Below, one piece after another: positions 1 to 13,028 of a stretch of 64,000 nt of DNA. The DNA is from Laetmonice hystrix (Eukaryota). Location of the stretch: contig OZ249445.1 of NCBI GenBank assembly GCA_965235115.1, positions 8,246,001 through 8,310,000 on the forward strand, given 5' to 3'. Positions within the stretch are counted from its first letter, which is position 1. Every line of letters begins with the position of its first letter. The notes under the pieces were generated by a model, which saw only the letters and a program-made list of their open reading frames with translations, was not told where the DNA came from and did not search any database. The position numbers and the translations under genes were made by a program.

Positions 1-3000
1 TTCCTAACCGCCGTGGTTTCCATGTGACGTGTCACAGAGAATATTCGTGTCACATCCTGCCCCGTCCGTACACCCTCCTCCGACTTGCATTACGCCGGTT
101 TCAATAAAAGGGTGGGAGTCACTGGGCGACTTGAGTCGGGAGGGTCACTGGCTTCTGTCTTCTTTGATCAAATAACGCATGTTTAGTGTGTACACATAAC
201 GGGAATCTCCCAAGAACAAGCCGGGGATTTTGTCAGTAGATCGTCTCGTGTTGGTGTAGTTAGCAGACGTTTAACTGAGCACCCTCCGTCAGCGCCCGCT
301 GCCTCACGACGTCGACGGGTAGGTTAACTTATTAATACTTTGCTTTGTTTCTATAGTTCTCCCACAGAGATGGTGCACCCCGACCAGGCAGAAATAACAG
401 GTATACTTGTGTCCGGAGTGGTTTCACTAAAACCAAGCAGTAACAAACCTTGGCCAAGAATCCAAGCGGTTATTTATGTGTGTACATGTTTCTACTTTCC
501 CCCGTTCCGTTCTTGGTCACTTATAGAGCTGCCGCCACAATAACGGACACAACCATCAAAATCACATGACCAAGGTTCTGACCGTTTGGTTTGGCTAAAC
601 AACACTAGGCCTGCACCCCGATAGTCTGAACAACCCTCCTTGCTTTAGTTTATTACGACGATTTCCGGTGATTCCTGGGTGGTTAAAGGGTTTAAACATT
701 TTCTATATGGTAATAATAATGTCTGTGAATAAACATAGACCTACATATTTTCTGTTTCGGAGACTTATGCAACCAGTCAAAGAGAATTTGAAAACAGACT
801 CATGCATATCTGGGTGTGTATACAGTGTCAAGCTGACAATCTCTTATATCGTAAATTATAATCAGACATTGAGCCGCGTTTAGCCATACAAGTATACGTA
901 TCTTTCCAACAAACTAATCTGGTCGTATAACCTATCCAATATATACTGCATGGGGCAATATTGCTCAATCATACATTTGAAGATCCATTCTATATAATAT
1001 TTGGATATAGCAGGCCCTGAGGAATCGAATGTCTCTACTTTTCAGTTAGGATTAGGATTTCACATTGAATATGCGGCTTTGCATGGAAGGGAACTCACGT
1101 TCCTGCTGGTAAATATATATTTATCTAAACGGTATGTAATAAAAAGAATATACAGAGCATGCGATGCCATTTGATAAAACCTACCTTTGGTTATTTGAAC
1201 TATACTGTATGTAAAGTATATCTGAAAGCTACATTTGATGTGGATTTCAGTCTAAAACATTATCATCTTTGAACACTTAAGCATACAAAACACACAAGTT
1301 TCAAGCCTTTGCTTTTAATTAAACGGCCAGCTCCATAAGTAAGTCATTGCAAAGAACAGCGCCGCTCCTTAAGTGTATAGAGTCTGTAGGACTATAGGCG
1401 CCATTTGCACGGCGCTACTTTCTATATAATATATTTATCCGGGTTATTCACACAGGCTATTTATACCAAATTTGGGCATGCCGTTGTATTTGTAGAAGCC
1501 GGCCGGTAAACAAGAGTCTGAAGACGTATAACCTGACTAGAATATAACTTTGGGCGTCCTGCTCTAGAAACGGCCTAACCCATCCTCTCTCCTTACCGTT
1601 ATCCACATTTCGGGTCAGGGCAAATAAAGCAAACAGGTTTCATGTTTGTCCGTCTGCTCTTTCACCCTATGGAAGGTGGGCGACAGGCAAAACTGTTTAA
1701 ACTCGATAGGAAAGGCACGTCGTAGGTAGACTTAATCAAATATCGATGGCAAAAAGTTCTCATGGACGTACCATGTGCGGATTTGTGAACAAATATATTT
1801 GTGGTGTATAGGAGTAACCGGCGTGCACTGTGACGCCTTCCCTCCACGACAAGTTCTGGGCCGTCTCATAGAAAAAGTGCAACGAATACAAAATGTATTT
1901 TAATAATAAAAGAGATTCATTTGAAAGAATATTCCGAATATTTTTAAGCGCATCTTTCATTTGGCTGTCCGTGCAAGTAGAATAGAATAGATAGAGTTTA
2001 TTTGCAACCACAAAAGTTGGATTTGGTACAATAATTATTAAAACAAAGATATTAAAACACTTAAAAGATAAAAATGTACAGATGACAGTAATACAAAATT
2101 CAGGATCACGTTTGGAAGTTGCTTAAGCACCATGGGATAAACGACTTTTTATATCTGTCAGTTGTAGCCTTTATAAGTAGGTAAGTATTACTTGCTCGAA
2201 GAGAGTATTGTACTTCTCTGACTGCATGCAGTAAGAGATGGTTTAACTCTCTTTTGTACCATCTCAACATTGTCGGACAAATATGCTCTGCCTACTCGAA
2301 CATTTTGTCCGGACAAGGGAAGAAGTGAATTGCAAGAGAGATCTTGAGGAACCCGCTGGAGTCCCGAAGGCCCTTAATGTGTACACAACATCACTTGTGA
2401 AATGCCGTATTCTCTGACAAAATGCTGAAAGTCGTTGTCTATTTGTAGGCCCGGTGAGGATCAGTTCAGGCAAGAGGACGCGACACAAGTGGTGCCAATG
2501 GTCTTCTCATGGTCCCTTGTCTGATATGGATGACGTCATCGTTGATCGTGTGTCACGTGGTCACTAGTGACGAGGTGGAATGTGACGTGTGCAACATTCC
2601 GTCTCATCACCAGTGGTCAGGCGATGCTTCCTAAGCACATTCCTCAAACTGCAGCATCTCAACTTGAACCACACTCAGGATCTTAATATAATATGCTAAA
2701 ATTAAATGCAAACCTTTTTTTTACCAATTGAAAACATAGCAGGATTGCTAAACAGCTAGATCTATAGGTCAGAGGTATCAGCCCCAATAAGACGAATGAT
2801 AAAATAATTACGGCCTTGGCAAATAGGCCTAGTGTGTTAGAAATCAATGTAGGCTTATGCGACCAGGAATATCTCCAATATCGCCATCACGCCTTAGTGA
2901 TCTAGGTTTTAAATCTACGAAGGTTAGGCCCCCACGGGATCTATTTGGTACATAAGATCTGTAAACTGTTCGAAGAGCAATAAAAAAATTAAAATAAACA

Positions 3001-3759
3001 GAAGTTAGTATGATTAAAATATTGTTTTCAGGGGTGGAGAAGCTCGTCGACCTTGGGGCGCCCTGCCGCCCCCCCCCCCCCCCATCATTTTTTACAGTGG
3101 ACCAGTTCTTATATAGACCTACAGTCACAGATAAGTTGAAAACGTAAAGTCCTATAGGTCATGCCTACATATAGAAAATCTTGAATGGATTGGGATTTTT
3201 GCCTTAGCTAAAATCAGGGTGACATTGAAGAGATAAGTTCGACTGTACGGTGCAAGACACCGGTGTGCTCAAGTAGGTTATAGAGGTCCACGCCATGCCT
3301 AAAGGCCTGCTATGTCTAGGGGGCTAGAGGCTATAGTTGTCAAACATTTTCAAATAAGCCACAAATGATTTTTTAATGATTTGTAATGTAAAGCCGTTGC
3401 CACAACTGCCAGTAGGGCCTAATAACATCATGCCTAGCTGTGATTACGTGCCCCCCCCCCCCCCCCGCAAATTGGTGGGATAAAAATCTGAAATTAATAA
3501 CATCCCGGTTAGGCCAATGGCAATAGAATCTTATAGCCCTATAATAGGGCCTAGGCCAAAAGACTATCCCTGTGACTAAGGCCTAATTAGGGTCCTGTAG
3601 CCTTAAATCGGCCGTAAAGCTTGTTTCTAGACCTTTAAATCCTATTTAATGATCCAAGGATAACAAAGTCTCTTTATCAAGTTCCAAAAGTCGTCTACCA
3701 GTTCATGATCCAAATTGACTCAGATGCCCGGCGTTCTGGCAAATGCGGAAAACGATTGT

Positions 3760-3774
3760 GCGCCCTCTGGCGGC
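3760..3774 (-). promoter_or_regulatory. CTCF-like motif
   Basis: GCGCCCTCTGGCGGC, reverse complement GCCGCCAGAGGGCGC, close to the CTCF core CCRCYAGRKGGCRS. Motif match only. Confidence 0.4.
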
Positions 3775-4065
3775 AGTTGTCTCAAATAAGACAAAATGGA
3801 GGACTGCGAAAGTGCGGATCAGCGCGTCGCTTCGATTACAACACTTCAGTCAGAAAAGACAAGTTTAATTTCGATTAAAGCTGTCCAGCATCGAGGTAGG
3901 TGGTAAGTGTGTGGTAGTTCCTGTCAGACAAATGTATTATACATTACTGAGAACGTGTAAAATGTGAATAACGGTATACTTTTGGTGTGAAGCCAATTCT
4001 GCTGATGTCATGACAGTTTGTGCCATGTGTCGGGGCCTAGGCCTGTAATACTAATAGGCTGTATC

Positions 4066-4260
4066 CAGGGCCGTGCCCAGGGGTTTTTTTTGAGTGTCTG
4101 TAACCCCCCCCCCCCCCCTAGGTGCCAAAGATTTCTTTTTTTAGGCTTTTTAGGTCCTTGGATACTTGGATCCGTCCACTGTAACCCCCCCCCCCCCGTA
4201 CACCAATAACCCCCCCCCCCCCCCCCCCCACCCCTGCACCAATCTCTGGGCACGGCCCTG
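4066..4260. mobile_element. MITE-like element with 15-bp perfect terminal inverted repeats
   Basis: Starts CAGGGCCGTGCCCAG (4066) and ends CTGGGCACGGCCCTG (4260); 195 bp, non-coding, internal poly-C tracts. No clear target-site duplication. Confidence 0.75.
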
Positions 4261-5393
4261 TCAGCGTATCTTTCATGGCTTCATGACGCACTTCGCTCTA
4301 GACGACGTGTTATAGTATTGTCTTCTCCGAATAGAAAATAAGATTCTATGGCATTTTGATCCCATAGATTTGTGTATTAATGACGCTGCCGCTGGGGACC
4401 TTTTAATCCTTCAAATGTCAATGGGGGTCGGTTTCGATCCTGCCTCCCTCGCCGGGCTGTCATGTCGTCACCTGATGGACCAGCAGTGGAGTGGCTGCAA
4501 CTAGTTTTTGCGAAATAATCCTGGAATTTAGACCTATTAGGCCTACCTGTCACATACCGCTTGGCCAAGTTCATGTTATTATCTTGTTTAGGTACTCATT
4601 CAGTTATATTACACAATATTATTGTCATGTTTTAAGCCTATTCGAGGCCCGGCTCGGGCCATGAAAAGGTGAAGCCTGGAGGCCATTACTTCGGAAATGT
4701 GTCGCTAGGGGACGTGATGTCACGCTGTCAGTGATGAACGCTGACTGTAGTAGGCCCAGGTGTATGCCCCTTATAATCGAACCTGTCGTCGTAGAGACCC
4801 CACAGGCCAAAAACAATTTTGGGACGGGCGTATAGGTTTTCTACCTTACTACCATGACTAACAGTAGCTGTGGAGTTGAGGCGGGCCAAGCCATCAAGAA
4901 ACCAGTGCTGCAATCTGGCGGCAACTTGCAATCGAAAGTTGGTCCAGGTGTAATCAGGTCTGGTGCATGCGCTAGCCAGATTAGTCACGGTGTATGGGTT
5001 CCTTTCTACAGCCTGACAGTGACTGTAGGTATGAGCCCTAGCTATGTATAGCCTATGTGGTTCAAAACAGGAGGGTTGGAATCGTAATCTAAAAATGTCT
5101 TGAAAAATGTAGATATTTTAAGTAGGCCTCATTGTTAACGTTGTGCTCTGTACCTAAAGATGTTGAAGTCCAGCTAGTGGGCCCCCTATGACCCATCTTG
5201 TGTACTACAAAGAGGTACATGGGGGTCACAGCACCCATTTTGACAAAACTAATCAGCCTACTTCCCAGGGGCGATTCAGCTTTTTACCACATAAGGGTGT
5301 GGGACAGATAAATTTGTTTCAAGTAGGTTCTTGCATCCATTCCCACCCAGATTTATATCACATTTTTTTTTATCATTTTGATTTTTTTATTTA

Positions 5394-6731
5394 CTGTAAA
5401 TCACTTTAATTTGGCGCGATTAAAATTTCGCGTTTTTTTTTTCATTTTGGGCTGGTTTGGCGTTTCTTAAATTCGCGTTTAGGCAATGGCATCCCGATCG
5501 AAAAGTAAAGACATTTATTAAATCCAACAGTTTTAATTCCCCACCACAAATGCAACAAGAATATATTACATGGAAATACTCTTTCCTAGTACAATTTTGG
5601 ACAGAATGACCCTGTCTACCATCAACGGCATGGGCCACACGGTCGGGATGCGGCAGCGCCTGCTGGCGGAAATTGTGATAACTACAGTACATATGGCATG
5701 GGCACCGAGTTCGCCAGACCACTTAATTCTCTTACAATCTGTAACGCTACTAAAATATTAGGATCATTTCAGACTTTGATACCTTATCCCTACTTGATAG
5801 GCCTATATCAAATATGGTAGTTATGTTTCCGTTCGACGTTATTAATGTTTGCATAGAACTAGTCTAGTGATGTTTGAAGTGCCGATGCGCAGAGCCGCAG
5901 CGCTTCCGGTGAATCGTGATTAGTTCCATAATACCCGCTAGATGGCGTGAAGAGGGTGCTGCCATCTATCGTTTGAACTCTGAACTAATATTGAGTTCCA
6001 AGTCAAAACGATAGAGGGCAGCACCCTTTTCCCTGACTGGTCCCCTGCTGTTTTCCTCCCGCGGTCGGAGATACAGCCCTTTTCCGTGCCGTCTAGCGGG
6101 AATTATGGAACTAATCACGATTAATCGGCAGCGGTGGAACTTCGCTTCGGTTCGGCACTTCAAACGTTCATAGCGATGAACGAAATATTGCTTATCGCGT
6201 GTAAAGAGGGCGTTAAGAAGTCAAAGGTTGAAATGATGATTGGATTTCCTGCAGATTCTAAGTGAATTGTCAAAGGAATCGTGTCGAACGTGTGTTGTTA
6301 ATGTAAAATCATTTCAGCTTTCAAGGTTTCATAAAAGTGCCGCCAGTAGGCGCTGGTGTATATTGACCGTTCCGAGAATGGGTTGCACGGTTTACAATAT
6401 TGTGGGTGGGGCCTCCCAAAACTACCACTCCATGCAGGCAGAGTACAGCAAGTTGGCAACTCTACCGCTTTGTATTAGGTATGTGTTTGACGTCACAATA
6501 TTATAGTTCCATATTATATTAAAACAGTACTTATTGTGTTTTCATGCCCCCTATAAGCAACTGCCAAGTAAAAGAAGGTAATGAAGTGTTGTTTTCTTTT
6601 GTAATCGGCTATTACTGGAAATGCGCCGTTCCAAGTGTTTATTTGGCGTTTCTTAATTTCGCGGTTTTTTTTGTTTTGAAAACGCGAAAATCGCGAAATT
6701 AAAACACACGCGAAAAATACCTGATTTACAG
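5394..6731. mobile_element. Non-autonomous TIR DNA element (or two halves of one MITE family) flanked by TA
   Basis: TA|CTGTAAATCA (5394-5403) ... TGATTTACAG|TA (6722-6731). Subterminal TTTCGCG/CGCGAAA repeats at both ends. No transposase ORF. Confidence 0.65.
5872..6165. repeat. Nested inverted-repeat (foldback) element
   Basis: Outer arms GTTTGAAGTGCCGA (5872) / TCGGCACTTCAAAC (ends 6165). Second arms AATCGTGATTAGTTCCATAAT(A/T)CCCGCTAGA(T/C)GGC (from 5912, partner about 6088-6122). Inner arms AGGGTGCTGCCATCTATCGTT / AACGATAGAGGGCAGCACCCT (21 bp, 1 mismatch). Confidence 0.85.
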
Positions 6732-7061
6732 TATTAGGCCTATAACTAACCTGAGGTATCGCCCTGATCTTCCGGTCAGAAGATTCAAGAATCAATACAT
6801 AATGCAGCAGTTTACAATGACCTATAAACAAGTCAGAAACTGTCGCTACAATCAACTAGTGCGGGAAGCAAAAACCACAAAAAACAACAAACTTGGAGCC
6901 CTTCCATCTCCCCTTAAAAATTGCACATGCATACACGACCCGGGTGCATTTGAATTCCCCTGCGATCCCATGGCCACAAAGAAGATGTGGCGAGATGACC
7001 AAAGACGTAGGAGCCGCTAAACTAAAAAGCCCCCCCCCCCCCTCGCATGTTTTACAGACTG

Positions 7062-7075
7062 ACACCAGATGGCGT
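7062..7075 (+). promoter_or_regulatory. CTCF-like motif (weaker)
   Basis: ACACCAGATGGCGT versus CCACCAGATGGCGC (12/14). Confidence 0.25.
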
Positions 7076-10000
7076 AACCCTTTGGAGGTTGAGTTAATAT
7101 CCCAAACCCAAGAAATCTCAGTAGACACGTGTGTATAACATTGTGTTTGTGGGAAGAGAGACAGCTATAGACAAGGAGCGACTGTGGGGAGAGACTTGCT
7201 GGGGGTTGTTGTTGGATTTACCCAGTCGATGTAGTGTACCCTCCCACTTACAGGGCTATTTGAATAAGCAGACCAACTTCCAGGTATACTGGCGTGTCTG
7301 TACACCACACAGGTAACATCACTGGCCAGATATGGTGAACCCAGGGCGACCTTCGTCGTCCACCTAAGAACAATGACATTTTGATCCAAGTCAATCATGA
7401 AGTTTGCGGTCGTAAGGTTTCGGGCAGCTTGGTACTTTATTGATTGTCTCCCATTCCACACCTTGACTCCCCTGACTACCCACTCTTTAGGGCCAGTCTA
7501 GGCATAACGTGTTTCACATTTCAAAAAGGCTAACCTTCAGCACAAATAATTCGCAACTTTTCCACGGCTATTATTGTCTGATATGGTACAAACATCGACC
7601 ATCGTCATATCTTAGAAAGTCTAACCTATCGTGTACCACAGGAGGCAGATTCAGCTTTGCGGAGATCAAAAGACCCTTTGTTGTTGGGCTCCGAGAGGTT
7701 GGATCTAGAGATAGGTAGAGCCGAGCACGCCCAGTGTTGTCGCACGTGCAGTTACTTTCTGTGAGGCCATATGGAGTGGATCAGGTTAAGACGACCTTTC
7801 TATAGATCTACTCATACTTCTGATCCGTTCAACGATACGGCCTCGACTCAGCGTCTTTACTGTAGGACTGTGCAGTGTGGATCAATAGTATAAACCCCAC
7901 ACTCCGCCAGTTTCTCCTGATCCTTTGAAATATCCTAGTAATAATAAAGTTATGTGAAGACTGTACCTGGACGGCGTACTCTGACTATAGCCTAAGGTGG
8001 TCTGTATTCTGTTAGCTAGTGGGACCCTAAGCTGTAATACTATCGGTACTGTGTTGTTCTAAGATTTCAAAGGGAGTCGTAAAGAAAGAACTCTGTGAAG
8101 CAAGAGAAACTCCCCGAACAGTAACGTCCCTCTATAATCATGGCGTCTAAATTTACTTCCAGATGCTGAGTGGTGACGAAGGAAGGGGCGCAGTTCCTGT
8201 TCTCATCCAACGGGACACAACCATGCCTCTCACTCGTCAGATGTACGAGTCCCATTCTCTGTCCATGGACCGTTTCTAGTGCCACTGGCGAATTGAGGTA
8301 TACGGGGCTGCATTTGGAAAGCTACATAGTCGTGTATTATTAGCTGTAAACCCTTTCTATAGAGATGTGAGAACCGAATACTGTGTGTTAAGGGATTGCC
8401 TTCTGCGGTATTTATTCAATGTTTGTCGTTTTTACCCGTATAAATGAGGTCTTGTTGGTAAACCACCATACCGCACCAACAGCTGTAGGCAGTAGTACAA
8501 TCTAGGCTACATGTTACGTATTGCAAGATACGTATTAAAGTTTGGGCGTACACATCGTTTTTTTTGGCGGGGGTGGGGGGCGTGGGTTTGGAACACACGT
8601 CGGTTCAGACCCAAGAATCGGACATTAGATATAGCACATTGGGCTCCCCTGGGCGTGGTCACACGGGGGCCCATTGAAAGTTGAAACGTGTCGGATTAAT
8701 GTTGAGGAGCTAGCCTGTGCGGCTCTGTGGTCTGTCTCCAAATCATTGGAGCTCCATGAAAAAAATCAGCGTCACAGGACCGTTAGCGCTCAAACAGGCC
8801 GCGGCTAATTGACAAACCGAGCGAATGAGGCTTGATAATTTTTTTTATAAAAAGTCCACGCTCATGTTGAAGCCAGCGGCCACCTGTACCGGGAGAAACA
8901 CAACAGATTCCCAGGATTCATTTCAAGGTTAGTACCTATCCTATTTATGAAGGCTATGGATGAAACCTAAATATGCTGTGTCTTCTGTGTCTTCCTGTTG
9001 GTGAATTACGTGTACCACTCTTTTAATACGAATTCGATGGGCCTTAATTATAGTTCGTTAAAATACAAATTTCAAAGTCTAAAACCAGTATCTAGATCTT
9101 AATGTTTTTGTTATTGCTGTTATGGTTATGATATAATTCTGTGATGGTGTGCGATCTCTAGATGAACGACAGGGAATACGTGTAAACCTAACTATTTATA
9201 AGTACTTTCACTATTTTTTTTATGAAGTTTTACTTTAAAAGGTGTTGTGCACTGTATTATTAAAGATTGTGTTATAGAATTGCTTTACAGGTACCTACCT
9301 ACCAGAATCGCAGCCACGGTCATTTTTTCTTCGTCATAAAAATGTTCATATAATGCTTGAAATTTCTTTCAATGTCGATATATTATCGACAGTATGGTGG
9401 AATAGTATGCAGTATGTTACAGTACAGATGACAAGGGGCTTTAGTGTATTGGCATCATACTATATATCATCCAAGGCATTGTAGAATTTCTATTTTATAA
9501 GGCAGGCACAGAATCACAGGTCTGCTTTTCGCCCGAAGTAGAGCACCGTTAATACCTGACCGAAACTAACAACATCGCGGAACTTGCATTTGATTGGTCT
9601 ATTTATCAAACAGACGCAGGCTGAAGTCCTCAAAGAAGAGCATATCAATATTAATATGTTGGTGCTTCATTTTGAATGGCCCAAGTAATTGCAGTGGGGA
9701 GGAAAATTCTTTGGTGCACGATCTCCATGCTTAATTTCCTTTAGTCGTTTAGCGAACGTTTGAGAAGGCGTCGGGAAAATGAAATGGCGCATGGTGAAGA
9801 ATATAGGAGGTGGACCGCTTTGGGCATATTTAGTTTTGAGCACCGGGATGTGGCGGAATACAAGCATTGTAATTTAATCGACGTGGGCGAGGCTTGAAGC
9901 GTCTTTTCGAGGAGAAGAAAACCCCCTCCCCATCTCCTTCTGTCCGTTGTGCATCATGGCGCATTAGACGCTCGGTGAACATGGCCTAACAAGTTTGCCC

Positions 10001-13000
10001 TCTGCGCTTGGACAGAGTCGCGCAGTGTTGCTGCTAGAATGATCAAACATGCTGGGTTGCCACTCGCCGACCATCACAAACAAAGACCACCTAGTCTGAT
10101 GGCTGCAGCCACTAATTGAAGGAACAGCCGTCCCCTCCAGGTAAGGCCCATGTGGGTTCGCCTGATGGCCCTCGTATCTCAAACGAATTGTGTCAGAGAG
10201 CGAACACCGGCCAGACTCGACCACCCTATCATTTGTCCCCGAAGATATATCGACATTGACTGCCGAGAGCCCGTTCGAGTAAGATCAGTTTAAACTCCGT
10301 GACCACAAATACCGTCTCTATCAAGTAAACCTGCAGGAACGCCAACAAGCCACGGCTTCTTTCACGACATGGCTTACCTAAATGGCGTTATTATTGAATG
10401 ACTGTATGACAGTATTATACTACATGAACACTGAGGTGTTTATCTGTGTATAAGGTGTTCTTGGTTGGCGAAGAATGTTCAGTTTGAGGCATTGAATTCT
10501 CATAAAACTAGTTTAATTGAGAATTCGTTTTATTTTTATCTTAGCTGAAAATGAGGAGAAACTTAATGATACATGTGCGTTTATTTCAATATACAGAGTG
10601 TATCCAGTGCAGAGAGGAAAACATGGTAGCATGCTCAAAGTTAGTTACAGATGGATGGGTTTAAATTGAAGCGGTCTAATTACTTTTACTATCTTATTTC
10701 AAGTTATTATACTGTAATATAGACGTCAAACAATGTAGCCGTATCAGAACTGAGGAACATGTGATTAACCATCGGAGTGTTTATACACTTCAGGCACTCT
10801 GCCGTTGTCCTTGAACAGGGGGCTAAACGTGAGCTGTCTGAAAACATACGTTTCATCCTAGCCAGTTCTGATTGTTTTCATTGACAACAGTGATGCGTGT
10901 AGAGGTAGTTCACAGGAGCCCACTAAGTTAGGGATCTTTACCTTATCACGAGAAGTACCACTTGAGCTGCAGGGAGGGGCGTGAATTATCAGCACAAGAC
11001 AATAAGTGTGCATTTGGACAAAGGTGGGCTATATTGGTCAATATGTACAAAAGGTGCCCAATTATTCAGGAGAATGAAGCTCCCTGCGTTGCAGTTCCAA
11101 TATAAGGAACGGCTGTTTGGCTATGTCGGATATTGGCGGCGCTAATTCAATTGACCAGCTTACTTTGCTGGCTTCACATCGACCAGCACCAAGAGTCAAT
11201 ATTAAGAAAAGGAGGGAGTCGCTTTCTCATCAAAGGCTCAGCCGATCTTACTCGGGTCGTAATATACTGATTGGAAAAGGGCCCACAAATTGAAGATAAG
11301 ACACTGCAGTGGGGGTGTCAGCTCTGCATGGGGAACCTGTTGGTTCACATAACGCCTGCACTGGCTTCTACTACGTCACGTGCGCGCGCGGGCAATGGAT
11401 GGAATTGGAGCGGTCGTCTCACCAGAGGAATGAGGGAGTGGTGATTCCGCGACCTGTCGGCAATTATAAGTCATCTTCAGGGGAAGAATACATTCTATGT
11501 GACTTGTTCTGGCTGTTGGTGACAGGACCTATTTTTCTGGAAGCACCCAAGGGGATGATGAAAAGGATGATGATTAGTAAAAGGATCACAGTGGCCCCAG
11601 ACGGCATAGTTGATATCCACATAATTTCAAGCTTAACCCCCTATAATAAATTAGCTGTGCTTCGGAGGTTAGGAATTTAAATGTTCTACGTTTAACGAAG
11701 CACATTACCCATTTAATTTGGTAGCATTTTTGATTAATTTAATGTCTCTTCAATATGGAAGCTTTCATGTATTTGAATACCGTACGAATCGAAACAAGTT
11801 TCTTTGGTAGCAAACGATCATCGGAATGGTGTTATAAAAACATTTCTGTATCATTATTCAGCATTCCAGTTATTACTCACCGTGGAAAGAAGTTTGCTTA
11901 AACTCCCCCAAGTGACTAATATGAGGAGGTTCCATATAGTAAAACGGTCCCCATCTTTAAATAGACGTTGCCGGAATTCAAACCAACCTGCCACTATTAT
12001 TAAATGGAAATAGTTATTTCAGCTATTTTTTAATGTTTGTTGTGACAGATGGTAGCTTCCCACACTCAGACAATTCCTGCAATTTCTGGTCTTGAATAAC
12101 CAAGGCACTGCATAGTGATATTACCAGGGCCTTTACAGTTGGACAGATTTTGACAGCCATGGTTATACAAGTGGGATAATGCAGTTACTCTCGATTTTTA
12201 ATAATTAAATTACAGGTAATTATTGTTTTATGTCATATTTAGCATGACACCTACAGCCACATTAACAGTGTGTGTGCTTGTTTTGTATTTACAATTATTC
12301 AGTTTTCTAATTTTAATACCTTAAACCAGTTGAAGTGTTTTTGAGACAATAGGGGTTCTATGGCTATATTTGCAAATGATTTGGATAGCGAAAGTAGCAA
12401 GCAAGATATGTGACGCTGTAAAGGGCGAACCAAAACTGTAGATGAATTATTTCTTTGTATATGTATGGGAAAATTAACAGAAATATGAGATTTTTTTGTG
12501 ACTTGTCTCATATCTTCTTCATTGGCTAGATAAAACAGGTGTCTGAAATAAGGACTTGTTCCTTTTCTCCGATCAATCAATAGAAATGTACCCAGAGAAG
12601 CGCTGGGCGCCATATCCGAGACAGGTATGGCAGGGAGGTAGATCGGAGGTCATGAACGACACATGTGTTCTCTTGTATCCGGGCCCTATACCACAGACCA
12701 ACTGTAGATCACAGGGCCGCCTGACTAATCTCTCTGATACAACCATTTATTACTGTCTCCCCAACTGTGTGAAGGATGGCAGAGAGACTCCATCCTGGCA
12801 ATATACTGTCCTCCTTCCTCTCACAATTGTGATAAACCTGCTAAGGAATTAATGTCGTAAATCGTATAAGATATAATGTTGATTGATTATGAATAGTTAA
12901 CGTACATAATACCTCACAAGCTTAACACTTATCTAGTGGTCATAATAAAAACAGTTTTCACCCAGCAGAGGTAGCCTCTCCTGGACTACAATTTCTTGTA

Positions 13001-13028
13001 TGTATTGCTGCTTTTTACCAGGATAAAA

